DNA of 64,000 nucleotides from Eledone cirrhosa (Eukaryota). The translations under genes were made by a program, and so were the position numbers. The stretch spans positions 2,108,001-2,172,000 of the forward strand of contig OZ024750.1 in NCBI GenBank assembly GCA_964016885.1. The letters run 5' to 3'. The notes beneath the pieces were generated by a model. It was not told where the DNA came from. It did not search any database and worked only from the letters and a program-made list of their open reading frames with translations. Each line of letters starts with the position of its first letter. The stretch's first letter is position 1. Shown here piece after piece: positions 40,640 through 53,161 of this stretch.

Positions 40640-41045
40640 ATAATAATAATGAAAATATTGTGTACAGTGCTCAGGTGCACTACAACTCAACAATGTATGT
40701 ATAGTACATAAGGTAATGTACAAACGTCAGGAAAATGAACAGAGCATGAGTCATGATATACACGTGTGCATGTGTATGGAAGGGGGACATCAGGTGTAGT
40801 TTTGGCGAATTTCAGGAAGCATGAGGGTTTTAAAGGATGCAGTGTCTCGGCAGCTAACATGCTTCAGCAACTCTAAGCGTGAAAAAGTGTTTCCGAAAGT
40901 CATGTGCTGTTTTCTGACTTTGTAGGCATGTCCACGTGTGTTAGACACATGGAGATCAAAAAGGTGCTCAGAGTTGTTGTTGGCAAGATGGTTAATAACT
41001 TTGTGGGTGTTTACCAAGTCCATTGCCAGACGTCCATGACCATTC
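40640..41045 (-). mobile_element. CR1-type LINE 3' fragment
   Basis: DL..THK...LF.L..SNTRGHAYKVRK C-terminal motif plus (ATT)n tail; the same 3' UTR occurs at 19316-19512 and 24500-24667. Confidence 0.72.
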
Positions 41046-41868
41046 CATTTTGTATAGCAGAGACAACATTATCTGCCGTAGCCCACCCTAAACCAGGTGA
41101 AAGATTAATTCTACCTAAAAACTGGAACAGCCTTTTTGACAGACTTTCAGTTTTTTGTCTGTCAACCAGAGGATGTGTTAGAAAACACTTGCACAAGGCA
41201 CTGTCCCATGTAATTGAACTCAAAACCCCTTAATTGTGAAATGAACTTTATATAGCTCATAGCCTGAGAATCTGGCCAAGTTGGCCACCTATAATTAACC
41301 ATCTAGAAAACATACAAAATATTACAGCTTACATCAGGACTAGCTTAGTCAGTAGAGGAGGGGCAGCATCTCTGACCTTTGCAGAGCTCCCAAGAAGAGA
41401 TGGGAGTGGGACATAAAGGGGGAAAAAACTATGACTTAAGTGTTATTGCAGTTAAAAACATTGCATTAACACTTTCATTTGCTGTAGTTCTAATAAAAGA
41501 CACTGCCTATTGTTTTCAATTAAATTTGAAAATAAAAAGGAATTTAGAAATGTAACTTTCACATTAAGCTGGGGTTTGGAAAATTAAAGTTCTTACATAA
41601 AATTATAATAGAATTTTAAAGGGATATAAACACTAAAACTAATAGTTTAATATCATAGAAACAGGGGGGCAGTTTTAGGCGGTTCGCTATGAAAAGGGTA
41701 CCTCAAGATTTTTCTCGGATGGAAGGCCTGGATCATATGTTTACAACAGAGAGGACATCGTCTTTAATGTGACCAAGAAAAATATCTTGTAACAAAATTG
41801 TGTTGTAATTTTTCGGACAAGCTGAAAACATTGTTTTATAAGAAGAAATATTTAAAAATTCCACTTAC

Positions 41869-41990
41869 TGTATTCTAATTGCTACCAACGCCTCCAAACA
41901 TGTGTGCAACTGATATCCTTCTGCCCGAGACCATACCTTCTCAACATATTCTAACTCATTAGCAATGAATTTATCTCGATCTTTAGCCAT
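41869..41990 (-). CDS. Tandem RWD-like + RING-H2 protein (candidate E3 ligase), coding exon 1
   Basis: MAKDRDKFIANELEYVEK...; acceptor TTTATAG at 42008-42009, GTAAGT donor, phase 2. Confidence 0.8.
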
Positions 41991-43307
41991 ATTTTCAATT
42001 TCCAATTCTATAAATAGCATGAAATTATTTCCGTGTAGTGTATATTGGTTTGAAAATGACGAACAAAACATTTCAAATAAATATAAAAGCAAAACACACA
42101 GTTTCATAGCGGTTACAAATGTCTTGGAAGTAAGAACTTTCCTAAGTAATTTATTTTAAAATAAAATGAAAGGAAACAATTATTATCCACACTTTCCGGT
42201 GATTCAAAACAAACATGATACGTTATGAAATGTACAAATATTGAGACACGGCGAGCTTCTACGGGGTAGTTCCACCTGCTAGAAGTAGCAGCCAAGTTTC
42301 ACTCAAGCCACACCCTACTGTTTTAAATAAAAAAAAAAGACTATACTGGACAATGTTGTCCCTAATATACAAAAAGAAGGAATCGTTAAGGTTGGAACGC
42401 TTTTGGTGATGGTTCTGAGACGGGGAGAAGCATCATCACACGAATTTCTTACAACTCTCAGAACTCTGTATATATTTCTCTGGGTGGTTATTTTGTTTTC
42501 TAATAACTGAGGGTTAAGTTATCCAACTTTATTCATTTGCCCTTTTAACACAGCCTAATGTGGGTAAAATAATTATGTAATTCAGTAAATATTCTAACAT
42601 CTCAAAAACTTTTAGTAAAGATAAAGAAATATATTCAATTTTATAATATCGCAGTTTGAAATGTACATTTCGATACTTATAAAAAAAAAAACAAAAAAAC
42701 ATTGCTTTACAATTCCAAATTTATACTGAAAACAAAAAAAAATAAAGTCAAAAATATATTTGAAAAAAGTACAGATGAAAGACAAGAAAAAAATTAAATT
42801 AAATTAAATTAAATTCTGAAATTTACTGCTCAAATTATTTTAAAACGTCTAAAATTACGGCTGCAACTGGCATTTCTTACAAACCTCCCCACCTCACCTA
42901 TATTTTACTATTCCAAATAAATTTATTATATAAATATATATATCTATACACACACACTATATATATATATATATATATATATACAAAGAACAATTACATA
43001 CAAATATATTTCACAGCTCTTTACAAATAATGACGATGACGATGATGAATTCATGCATAGTCACACTGCAACAGTTTTTGTTGTTTGTTTGTCGTGAAGA
43101 GTATGTGGTATTCATGCCTCTCTACAAAGAATAATAATGTTGTCAAGGTGTATTAATAAGAGAAAAATAATAAATTTCCAGAATATCCAGACTATATCCA
43201 CCATAGCATAATTATTCGAGTATCTTTATTTTTTATCTTTTTAATAAAAACATCGACTGATTTATTGGCCAATAAAAGAAAGTGTGCTGTGAAATAAAAG
43301 GAGTGAA

Positions 43308-43430
43308 ACTTACAAATGCTGTCCACATGTCATGTCATGAGTAAGCGGTGATGTTAAGCATGCGTTGGCAATGAATGTTCTACCGTTCACCTATTATAGA
43401 TGTCGTAATTCTGCTGTAACCGGAAGTTAA
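43308..43430 (-). promoter_or_regulatory. Probable promoter / non-coding first exon of the RWD-RING gene
   Basis: Minus-strand GTAAGT donor (43308-43313), matching acceptor at 42008, ETS motif CCGGAAGT at 43420-43427. Confidence 0.45.
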
Positions 43431-43511
43431 CCTCTTCTACAAAGGAGATTTGGTTTGTTTACCGTTTTCTTAAGTATATCTCTAAAGTACATCTCAAATC
43501 TTTATTATTAT

Positions 43512-44632
43512 TGGATTGGCAGAATCGGTAGAGCGTCAAATACCATGCTTTGCGGCGTAGAGTTATGTCCCTTTACGCTCTGAGTTCAAATCCCGCTGAG
43601 GTTAACTTTGCCTTTCATCCTTACGAGGTCGGTCGATAAAATAAAGTACCAGTAATACACTGAGATAATTGCAGGCGTTGTGCCTAAAGTGGAAACAATT
43701 ATTATTAGAGTGTCGAACACCATGCTTCGCGTCATAGCTACGGACCTTTACCTTCTGAGTTCGAATCCCACCGAGGATAACTTTGCCTTTCATACTTACG
43801 GGGTCGATAAAATATAGTACCAGTAATACACTGGGATCGATTTTATCGACTTTCCCTTCCCCAGAAATGTATTGGCCTTGTGCCTGAATCAGAAACCATT
43901 ATTAAAGTGTCTGACACCATGCTTCGTGGCATCGAGTTACAGCCCTTTACGTTATGTCTTCAAAACGCCGAGGTTAACTTAAATCTACAGCGCCGATTTA
44001 ATCGACTTTCTCCTCCCCCAGAAAATTGTTGGCTTTGTGTCTATAGTATAAATCGGTGGATTGGAAGAATCGGTAGAGCGTCAGACGCCATGCTTTGCAG
44101 CATAGTGTTGTGGCCCTTTACGTTCTGAGTTCAAATCCCGCCGCGGTTAACTTTGCCTTTCATCCTTACGGGGTCGATAAAATAAAGTACCAGTAATGCA
44201 CTGGGTAATTGCTGGCCTTGTGCCAAAAGTAGAAACAATTATTTAGGGTGGAGTAGCAATATTGGTAGAGCGTCAGACACCATGCTTTGCAGCATAGAGT
44301 TATGGCCCTTTACGCTCTGAATTCAAATAAAGTACCAGTAATACACTGGGGCGATTTAATGGATTTCGCCTCTCCTCAAATTGTAATTTGTAGGGTAGGA
44401 GTAAAGTATGTTTTTTATATGGATTTTGATGTGTTTTGAACGAATCTCACCTTCCAAAATACCGGAAACCCATCCTTGATTGTTAACTGGGAAGGAATAT
44501 TCACCCCCGGAGTTCTCTGGTTTCTATGTAAATATTACCCCATCTCGCTTAGGATCCGTTTTAAACGAATTTAGCGTTGAAAACCCATTAGAAATTATTC
44601 GTTTTTCTCTTTACTGGAGGAGGGGCTATATA

Positions 44633-44675
<43 letters not shown>

Positions 44676-45825
44676 CCAAAGTAGACCTCGGTGGGATTAG
44701 AACTCAGAATGTGGTGGCGGGGGGTGTTTAAATCGATCTGTAAAGATAAAGCTAACCTCGGCGGAATTTGAGCTCAGAACGCAAAGGGTCGTAACTCTAT
44801 GCCACGAAGCATAGTATCCCACGCTCTACCGGTACTGCCAATCCACTGTCCTTGTCACAATTTAATAATATTAAAAATAATCAAAATGTTGATGAGATTT
44901 ATACATATGCAGAGCTTCCGTTACAGTTGTAGAATTGTAGGGGCTTAAGTGTTTGTGGAGGCTTAAGTATAGATATCAATAAGAGATTAATAAGAAACCA
45001 GGATAAACACCAGTTTGATGAGCTTCCGAGCTCCAGACTTTAGATTTTAGAAACTACCGAGAGTTCGAATCTTCTCAGCGGCTGCTGGCTACATTTTCCC
45101 GTCTATAGGGGTATTTTACCCGATTTTCTAAATAGTATTGCATGGATACAGAATTCAACATGAATGAAATCTCATTACTTGTAGCTATTAGTTGGATTGG
45201 CAGTGGATTGGCAGTATCGGTAGAGGGTCGGACGCCATGCTTTCCAGCATAGTTACGTCCCTTTACGATCTGAGTTCAAATCCCGCCGAGGTTGACTTTG
45301 CCTTTCATCCTTACGGGGTCGATAAAATAAAGTACCAGTAATGCACTGGGTAATTGCTGGCCTTGTGCCTAAAGTAGAAACAATTACTTGTAGCTATTAG
45401 TTAGAGTAAAGAGTTAAAGTTTAAAATATTTCATTAAAAAATGTTTTTTCTTCTTCTCCCATTTATTCCTGAGGGGGTCGTGGGGCAGAGTCCTCAAACA
45501 CTCCTTCCAGCAGGTCTGTCAGAAGCAACCATCTCCAACTGATCCAGCTGGACCCCCAAGTGCGACCAGCCAGGCTCATGGATGTTATACAATCATCTTG
45601 CTTGGGGTCTACCCCTGGGTCTCCTGTCTGTTGGTTTTGTCAGTAAAATAATTTCTAATAATGTTTCTACTTTTGGCACAAGGCCAGCAATTATCATAGT
45701 ACATTACTGGTACTTTATTTTATCGACCCCGTAAGGATGAAAGGCAAAGTTAACCTCGGCGGGATTTGAACTCAGATCGTAAAGGGACGTAACTATGCTG
45801 GAAAACATGTCCGACCTTCTACCGA
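43512..45825. mobile_element. Cluster of about 8 tRNA-derived SINE copies (Nin/Deu-like central domain)
   Basis: A box TGGCAGTATCGG, B box GAGTTCAAATCCC, body GCCTTTCATCCTTACGGGGTCGATAAAATAAAGTACCAG. Further copies near 7976, 17460, 18140, 24130, 24313, 28005, 49437, 55817, 56835 and 57025. Confidence 0.85.
45174..45402 (+). mobile_element. Full-length SINE with 20-bp target-site duplication
   Basis: ATTACTTGTAGCTATTAGTT at 45174-45193 and at 45383-45402. Confidence 0.9.
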
Positions 45826-46427
45826 GATTATGATAAAATAATACGTTAGATTGCTGAATTATTAAGAATATATTACATGGTAATTAAGAATATCTTACGT
45901 TGGTAATTACATATTGATAGTTTGTATAAAATATATGTATATAGCAATAAAAATAGAAAGAGAAAACAATTCCCTCGAAAATAGATTTGTGGAGACAAAT
46001 GATGATGATGTTGGCTGCATTGATTTAATGGCTATTAAGATTCGTTTGTGCCATATTGTCGTTTCAAGTTATCACAATAACTTAAGTCAGACAAAAAGGA
46101 TTAAGTTAAAAGGTAACGGCAAACACCAGTGGTTTTAAAAGTAAGAGGTTGAAAATATATAGTTGGTAATAGGTGGGAACTCGTGAATGGGGCGATCGTA
46201 CTGCAGGTGTATATTCAGAGAAAGAATTCCCATTCATTCTTTATTTTAATTATATTAATTTGTTTGTGATTCATCAATTGAAACTTATTTGATTTGGTCA
46301 GTATTTTAATAAAACATACATTAAAATTAAAATAATATACACGGAAATAAAATATAGCAAAATAGAAAGGGGAGGCAATCAATGCTTGACTTTGAAAACA
46401 AACGCCAGAGTTATCTTTCTTATATTG

Positions 46428-46456
46428 CTGTAACCATGGTTACAGTATTGTAAACA
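46428..46456 (+). promoter_or_regulatory. Palindromic RFX X-box plus adjacent forkhead (FOXJ1-type) site upstream of PPIL6
   Basis: CTGTAACCATGGTTACAG is a perfect 18-bp palindrome at 46428-46445; TGTAAACA lies at 46449-46456. Both are about 45-75 bp before the ATG. Confidence 0.7.
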
Positions 46457-46501
46457 ATAAAGAATCTAACCACGTTAATTTCTGTTAGGTTAACAGTTAA
46501 T

Positions 46502-46588
46502 ATGTCTAAGGTTACACCGCCTTACAAACTCGTTATTTATGGATTAATTGATTCTATGAATTTCAGAAGAGTTCAAAATTGTGCACGG
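46502..46588 (+). CDS. PPIL6: PPIL6 (cyclophilin-like 6), exon 1
   Basis: MSKVTPPYKLVIYGLIDSMNFRRVQNCAR resembles the PPIL6 N-terminal domain; GTTTGT donor, phase 0. Confidence 0.8.
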
Positions 46589-47356
46589 GTTTGTTAATTG
46601 TTTATAACGATATTTTTATTGGATTTAAACACATTTTAAAATTTCTTTTACTAACATTACTTTATAGCAATAGGTGGATACAATGAGACAGAGTTTAACT
46701 TTCAGACTGATTTTCTTTCTATACCATCAATGATACGAACCATGACAGTGTAGGAATATGCTCTCAGAACTCCAGGCGCAAGCAGTTTCGTGGCCCCAGT
46801 GGACAGAATGGAGAAAGCATTAAACCAGAGAGAGGATAGCGAGGGAGACGCATGGAAATAGCCATTCCAACTGGTGTGGCTCACCCCTGCTGGTGACCAA
46901 CTCTGTCCCGATAGCAGTGACTAGGGAAATGGTACTGGGGACCAAGGACGCCTCAAGTCTCCACCGCTACAAGTTCAATGACAGTTGTAGGTGAGGTGGC
47001 GTAGCTGCTTCAGCGAGGTCCAGCCCAGTCACCCATGAGACTAGGGTGTAGAGTCTGTCCCTCGCCTCTCCCTTTCTTTCTACGCTTAATTTTTTTTTTT
47101 TTTTTTACTTCTTCCTCTTTCATTTTTTTTTTGTTTTTGTTTCATTTAGATATTGCTATTTTTTAATAGTAAATATTATTCTATACAAAGAGAATAAAAC
47201 AGATTCTTATAGGTGAGAATGTTCCAAGGAACGAAACGCTAATCCCAGTTTCGATATTTAATTAAAATTTTTCTCATTTTTGTCGCTAATATCCGTTTTC
47301 CTTTTCTTTTCTTTTGATAATTCATAAAAAATAAAAATAAATGAAAATATTGAACT

Positions 47357-47834
47357 GATGTTTATGTAGAGAGTTTGATGTTTATGTAGAGAATTTGATG
47401 TTTATGTAGAGAATTTGATGTTTATGTAGAGAGTTTGATGTTTATGTAGAGAGTTTGATGTTTATGTAGAGAATTTGATGTTTATGTAGAGAATTTGATG
47501 TTTATGTAGAGAATTTGATGTTTATGTAGAGAGTTTGATGTTTATGTAGAGAATTTGATGTTTATGTAGAGAGTTTGATGTTTATGTAGAGAATTTGATG
47601 TTTATGTAGAGAATTTGATGTTTATGTAGAGTTTGATGTTTATGTAGAGAGTTTGATGTTTATGTAGAGAATTTGATGTTTATGTAGAGAATTTGATGTT
47701 TATGTAGAGAGTTTGATGTTTATGTAGAGAGTTTGATGTTTATGTAGAGAATTTGATGTTTATGTAGAGAATTTGATGTTTATGTAGAGAATTTGATGTT
47801 TATGTAGAGAGTTTGATGTTTATGTAGAGAGTTT
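47357..47834. repeat. 20-bp minisatellite (about 24 copies), PPIL6 intron 1
   Basis: TTTGATGTTTATGTAGAGA(G/A) repeated. Confidence 0.95.
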
Positions 47835-48430
47835 CTGCGTAGGAAATGTTTCCCTATATCTGGCGATCTCGCTGTTCAGCGTCCTAAATTTACCTGTTTG
47901 TATGGCCAGTTACAGCCGGTTTGAACAGAAAGGGGTGAGAGAATTCTGGCCGGATACAGCCTGTTTAAATGCTAAAGGGTTGGGGCGGGGGCAATTGTCC
48001 CGGGCCCCTACAGCTGACTTTGATATGAAAAATTGGAGGTTTGGTGTGTATTATAATTTTTTGTGTGAGCCCCCCAACCTGAAATGCTCTGGGCCCTACA
48101 ATGTCTAAATCCAGCCCTGTATATATCATACTACAATTCTAAATTGGGGCCATCTCTGACCCTAAAGGGGTGATCCCTGCCTCTAAAGCCCTTTCTCTGG
48201 GTATTTGCCTAGGTCCATAAATACAATTTTCTAATTCACTAACCCTAATTTACGTTGCGAAACCCCTTAACCTAATCCTAACTTTGTCTATTCCCATATT
48301 TACATGCTTCCCAGCCTGGAAAGTAATACTGTGTAGAATAAGAAATTTTATATCATTTTAAACAATCTCTATTGAAATCCTTTCAGAAGTTGATATTAAA
48401 ACCACTTCAAGGAAATATTTCTTTTGGCAG

Positions 48431-48526
48431 CAAATGGTAATAGATTTTCCAAAAAAGTTCAAACCACCTGATATTATTTCCATGTTTGAATTTGAGTGGG
48501 AACCATTCATTGAGGAAAAGAAAAAA
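48431..48526 (+). CDS. PPIL6: PPIL6 exon 2
   Basis: QMVIDFPKKFKPPDIISMFEFEWEPFIEEKKK; CAG acceptor, GTAAGT donor; 96 nt. Confidence 0.85.
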
Positions 48527-49059
48527 GTAAGTAAGCATTTTTATGTAAAGGTCATGTATCATAATGAGAATTTTTCTTCTTGCTTTTACAAGTAAATAAA
48601 ATATACCTGTACATATACCTATAAACACACACAGATACATATATATACTCACACACAGATACACATATACTCACACACAGATACACACATACTCACACAC
48701 AGATACACATATACTCACACACAGATACACACATACTCATACACACATACTGATATACTCACACACACATACTGTTGCAAGCCCAATACTCTAACCATTA
48801 AGTTATGAACCTTCACTAATGAGATACAGGACAAAGTTACTGTTTAAAAAATGTTTTAGCACATTTCCTTTTTGGGGTGAACGTCTTTCAACATGAAAAT
48901 ATAACAGAGCTAATCATTTTGCTCAATAATCTCCATAATCTTCATCATCTTCATCATCATAATCTTCATCATCATGACTCGTACCTGTTCACTTTCCTGA
49001 CATTTGTACATTATTCTATGTACTATACATGCACCTTTGGTGAGTTGTAGTGCACCATC

Positions 49060-49103
<44 letters not shown>

Positions 49104-49259
49104 TCAACCAAGGGTTGGACGGGTCATCACAGTTCAATGTTAAACTGTTCAGAAAACCATGTCTGTTCCATATTTGGTATGATTTCTATGGTTGGATGCT
49201 TTTCCTAAGACAAACATTTACTAATGTCAATTTAAAAATAATATCAAATATGCTGTTGT

Positions 49260-49417
49260 CAGTGCTGGATTTAAGACAAATCAGACCCTGTGCTAGTTAA
49301 GTTATGAGGCCCCTTACTTGGGCCCTGAAGAAGGTAAAAAAACATTTTTAGCAGGAAGATGGGTCAATGGGACCCTGTGCTTAAGCACACCTAAGCGAAA
49401 TGGTAAATCTGACACTG
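49260..49417. mobile_element. hAT-type MITE with 8-bp TSD
   Basis: TIR CAGTGCTGGATTTA/TAAATCTGACACTG; TSD GCTGTTGT at 49252-49259 and 49418-49425. Confidence 0.8.
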
Positions 49418-49660
49418 GCTGTTGTGTAATATTTAGGGTGGATTGGCAGTATCGGTAGATAGTCGGATGCCTTGCCTTTCAGCATAGAGTTACGTCTCTT
49501 TTCGGTCTGAGTTAAAATCCCGCCGAAATTAACTTTGCCTTTCATCCTTACGGGATCGATAAAATAAAGTACCTGTAATACTCTGAGATAATTGCTGGCC
49601 TTGTGCCAAAAGTAGAAACAATTATTTAGGGGTTTTTTTTGTTTGTTTGTCTTTTTTCAG

Positions 49661-49849
49661 ATAATGAGAGGAGAAATGTGGAATTATAACAAAAATGAAT
49701 TGGTGTATATTAATGAAAAAATGATAGGCAGTTATGATGATCTCGTCACCTGGACTGATTACAATAAATTCTATGTAGACACCTTGCCGTTCCTCTTGTT
49801 TTCTGCTTTAGTTGAAGAAGATTATAGACAAGAACTTATCAAAAGAAAT
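49661..49849 (+). CDS. PPIL6: PPIL6 exon 3
   Basis: IMRGEMWNY...ALVEEDYRQELIKRN; TTTCAG acceptor, GTAAGT donor; 189 nt. Confidence 0.88.
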
Positions 49850-50488
49850 GTAAGTATTGAGGAAGTAATTAAGGTATCTTTTATAGCAGCAGAATTTCAC
49901 CAAGAAAGATTATATAAAATTATGGGGGAAGGATTTAAGGTTAATATAAATACTTTAAAATACAACCTCAAAAGTATTTACAGAAGAATATCAACAAGCT
50001 AAAACTTCATACTACTTGAGACTTGATAAAAGAAAAGTTTACAACTTTTTAGTATTTAAAATCTAAGGTGATAACTTGTATTGCATGCATGCATAGTCCC
50101 TTAAGTTCTGCAGGTACTGTAGGGGTGCACTATTGACATATGGTATTTCTAGGGTGTTTTTCTTTTTAAACCTGGTGGAGCCCATCTCTTCTCCAGGTCT
50201 GAATACAGCAGATTTGTTCCATAGAAGGATAGAGAGAGTGAGAGAGAGAGGATACAAGAGATAGAGAGAGTGAGAGAATGGAAGTGAGAAAGAGATACAC
50301 AGGAAGAATCAATTGCCATACATGAATCGTATATGTTTTTTATCAACCTTGAATGAATGAAAAGCAAGGTAACTTGTATTACAAGTCCCTAAATGATATT
50401 GTACCCTATATCATATTGTCTCAGTTAATTTTGTTTTTAATTAAGTTTTTTTTTTCTTTTCTTTTTTCTCTTGAATGTTTGTTCCTAG

Positions 50489-50551
50489 CATGATTACATC
50501 CATATGTACATCAGTATTGATAATACTCCTGCTGGATGTTTCCTGATTGAG
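50489..50551 (+). CDS. PPIL6: PPIL6 exon 4
   Basis: HDYIHMYISIDNTPAGCFLIE, the first strands of the cyclophilin domain; TAG acceptor, GTGAGT donor. Confidence 0.9.
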
Positions 50552-51607
50552 GTGAGTTACCTTAAGTTAAGCAGGAAAAATCTAAATTCTAAACATACCT
50601 TATTTCATATAGATAATATTTTTATTAATGTCTGAGTTTAGATATCGATCAATGGGAAAAGCAAACTCTTGATCATAATACATGGAGAAAGATAATTAAA
50701 TCAGTCAATGATTAGACAAAACAAAAAAGCAAAAGCAGGGCTAAAGTGAACACCAAGAAAGGGAGAGTTGGTAGGGCTTCAAAATGCTGGTTATTCCAAT
50801 TTGTCATCATGTCTTCCTTTCTGAAGCCAATTTTGTAAACATTATGAAAATGCATGCACAAACAATAACACAGTCATGTTTACACATGTATACACATATA
50901 ATTCACAAATACAGCTTTACTAAAGTTTGGTGAAGGTTCCAAATATTACTTTAAAATCTACCAAAATTGAAAGTTCAATATATGATTTAAGGTCTACCAA
51001 ATATTAAAAAAATCTTTGAGTACATGGAAGCTAGGAAAAGATTCAACAAGAGAAACTTCTGTTTTACACCTTCCCTTGTTTCCTCTTTTCTTTTCGTTTT
51101 CTTATGTCATAATCTGTCTTCTATTTGTCTTCATCATCATCATCATCATCATCGTCGTTTAACGTCCATCTTCCACACTAGCATGGGTTAGACGGTTTTG
51201 TTCCATTTGATGCGGGAAATGGTCGGGAGACCATGTCTTGCTCGCACAGAAGTGTCTCTGGCAGGTTTTTTACAGCTGGATGCCCTTCCTAACACCAACC
51301 ACATTTACCGTGTCTCCTACACGACCACCTTACAGTGTGGGGCTGTTGGAAATATTTTTTTTTCCCATTTTTAATTTTTTTTTATTATTACTTGCCTCAC
51401 TAACTCTTTTTGATTGCCAACTCTAAGGAGTACTCAATACTTCCCCCAGTCTGTCATGGCTTACTAGCTTTATACGGACATTTAAACTGAATAAATAAAT
51501 AAATAAATAAATAATATTCCTTCTGTAAAACAATAGGTTCGATACTAGTTTTGTTGTAATTTTTAACTCTTCTAATCTCATATTTTTCCACATGTCATTT
51601 CTTCTAG

Positions 51608-51758
51608 TTGTTCAATGATATTGTTCCCAAGACATGTGAGAATTTTAAAACATTGTGCATTGGCAATAACCCCATGACACTTTACCAAAATAGGAAGCTC
51701 ACTTACGACAATTCTATTTTCCACAGAATTGTACCAAATGGATGGATTCAAGGTGGAG
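51608..51758 (+). CDS. PPIL6: PPIL6 exon 5
   Basis: LFNDIVPKTCENFKTLC...NSIFHRIVPNGWIQGG: cyclophilin signature with the PPIL6-type NGWIQGG. Confidence 0.93.
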
Positions 51759-52119
51759 GTAATCTTGGCTTGTTTCATCATCATCATCATCGACATCACT
51801 GTTTAATGTCCATTTTTACACACTAGCATGGGTTGGAAGAGTTGTCCAAGTTTGTAAGTCAAGTTAGATCAGATGACTGTGTCTTGCTCATACATACAGA
51901 ACTGTTTCAGGCTTGATTCTCTTGAAACATTTTCAAAAAATTGTATGTACATAAGTATGTATAAATATATGTGTATATATGTATGTATGTTTGTATGTAT
52001 GCATGCATATATCTATACATGTAAGCATGTATGTATGTATCTACATAAGTATGTATTTATGTATGTAAAATACAGTTCTCCAGACTGATAAAACTGTTGA
52101 CATAAGTTAAATCTAATTC

Positions 52120-52124
<5 letters not shown>

Positions 52125-52166
<42 letters not shown>

Positions 52167-52232
52167 CCTCTCTCTCTCTCTTTCGCTCCCTCTCTCTCCC
52201 TCTCCCCTCTCACTCACTCTCACTCTCTCCTT

Positions 52233-52270
<38 letters not shown>

Positions 52271-52425
52271 TCTCTCTCCCTATCCCCCTCTCACTCTCTC
52301 CCCCCTCCCCCACTCACTCTCTATCTCCCTCTCTCTTTCCCTCTCTCCCTCACTCCCTCTCTCACACTCTCCCTCTCTCTCTCATTAACTCCCCCCACTC
52401 ACTCTCTCACTCTCTCTCTCTCTTC
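52125..52425. repeat. (CT)n polypyrimidine tract
   Basis: Direct reading; abuts the PPIL6 exon 6 acceptor. Confidence 0.9.
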
Positions 52426-52428
52426 CAG

Positions 52429-52485
52429 ATGTATGCGAAGGCCACGGTAATGAGGGAGATTCTATATATGGAGGTGAATTTGAAG
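52429..52485 (+). CDS. PPIL6: PPIL6 exon 6
   Basis: DVCEGHGNEGDSIYGGEFE; CCAG acceptor after a long CT tract; phase 1-1. Confidence 0.9.
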
Positions 52486-52582
52486 GTGGTTATTTTCACT
52501 TGACTTTATTTCTGTTATTTCATTTTTTTTTCTTTTTTCTAGATTCAAACCATATTCTTAAAATGTCTTCTTTATTCCCTAG

Positions 52583-52718
52583 ATGAAAATTTTGTCATAC
52601 CTTTCAATAAAAGGGGCATTCTAGGAATGGCTAACTATGGAGCACATACAAATGCTTCCCAATTTTTTATCACTTTAGTAGAAACATCTTGGATGGATAG
52701 AAAATATGTTGGCTTTGG
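52583..52718 (+). CDS. PPIL6: PPIL6 exon 7
   Basis: [46 protein letters not shown]; TAG acceptor, GTAAGA donor. Confidence 0.93.
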
Positions 52719-53161
52719 GTAAGATGTTTTCTCTGAATATATTTAGATTCCATTTTCTTTTGCCAGCTTGTTAAACCTTTAGCATTTAAACTGTCCATAT
52801 CTAGCCAGAATTCTCTCACCTCTTTCTCTTCTAACTGGCTGTAACTGGCTGCTCATACTTATGTTAAGGTATTGTTCTCAAAATAGAAATAAATAATATC
52901 AAAATCTCATAGATAGTGGTGGTGGTGGTGGTGGTGGTGGTGGTGGTGGTTAGGTGGTGATGATGATGATGTTCCATTTACTATTTCTGTTCGGATTTTG
53001 GCTTATAACAATTTTGAGATTTTGTCCAGATCTAGTTTAAATTGCCACATTAAATCTATCAGTATCTCTCCTTATCATATGTCACACAGCACTAAGTTGA
53101 CAGTACCAGTAATGTAGTGGATAATTGCTGGCCTTGTGCCAAAAGTAGAAACAATTATTAC

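Noticed and set aside
41991-42107. Upstream extension of the ORF 41865-42107 as the N-terminus of the RWD-RING protein
   Set aside because: An acceptor at 42008-42009 precedes the MAKD start, and the upstream stretch is T-rich and intron-like.
43512-45390. tRNA genes
   Set aside because: A and B boxes are present, but there is no cloverleaf and they are followed by a shared SINE body and tail.
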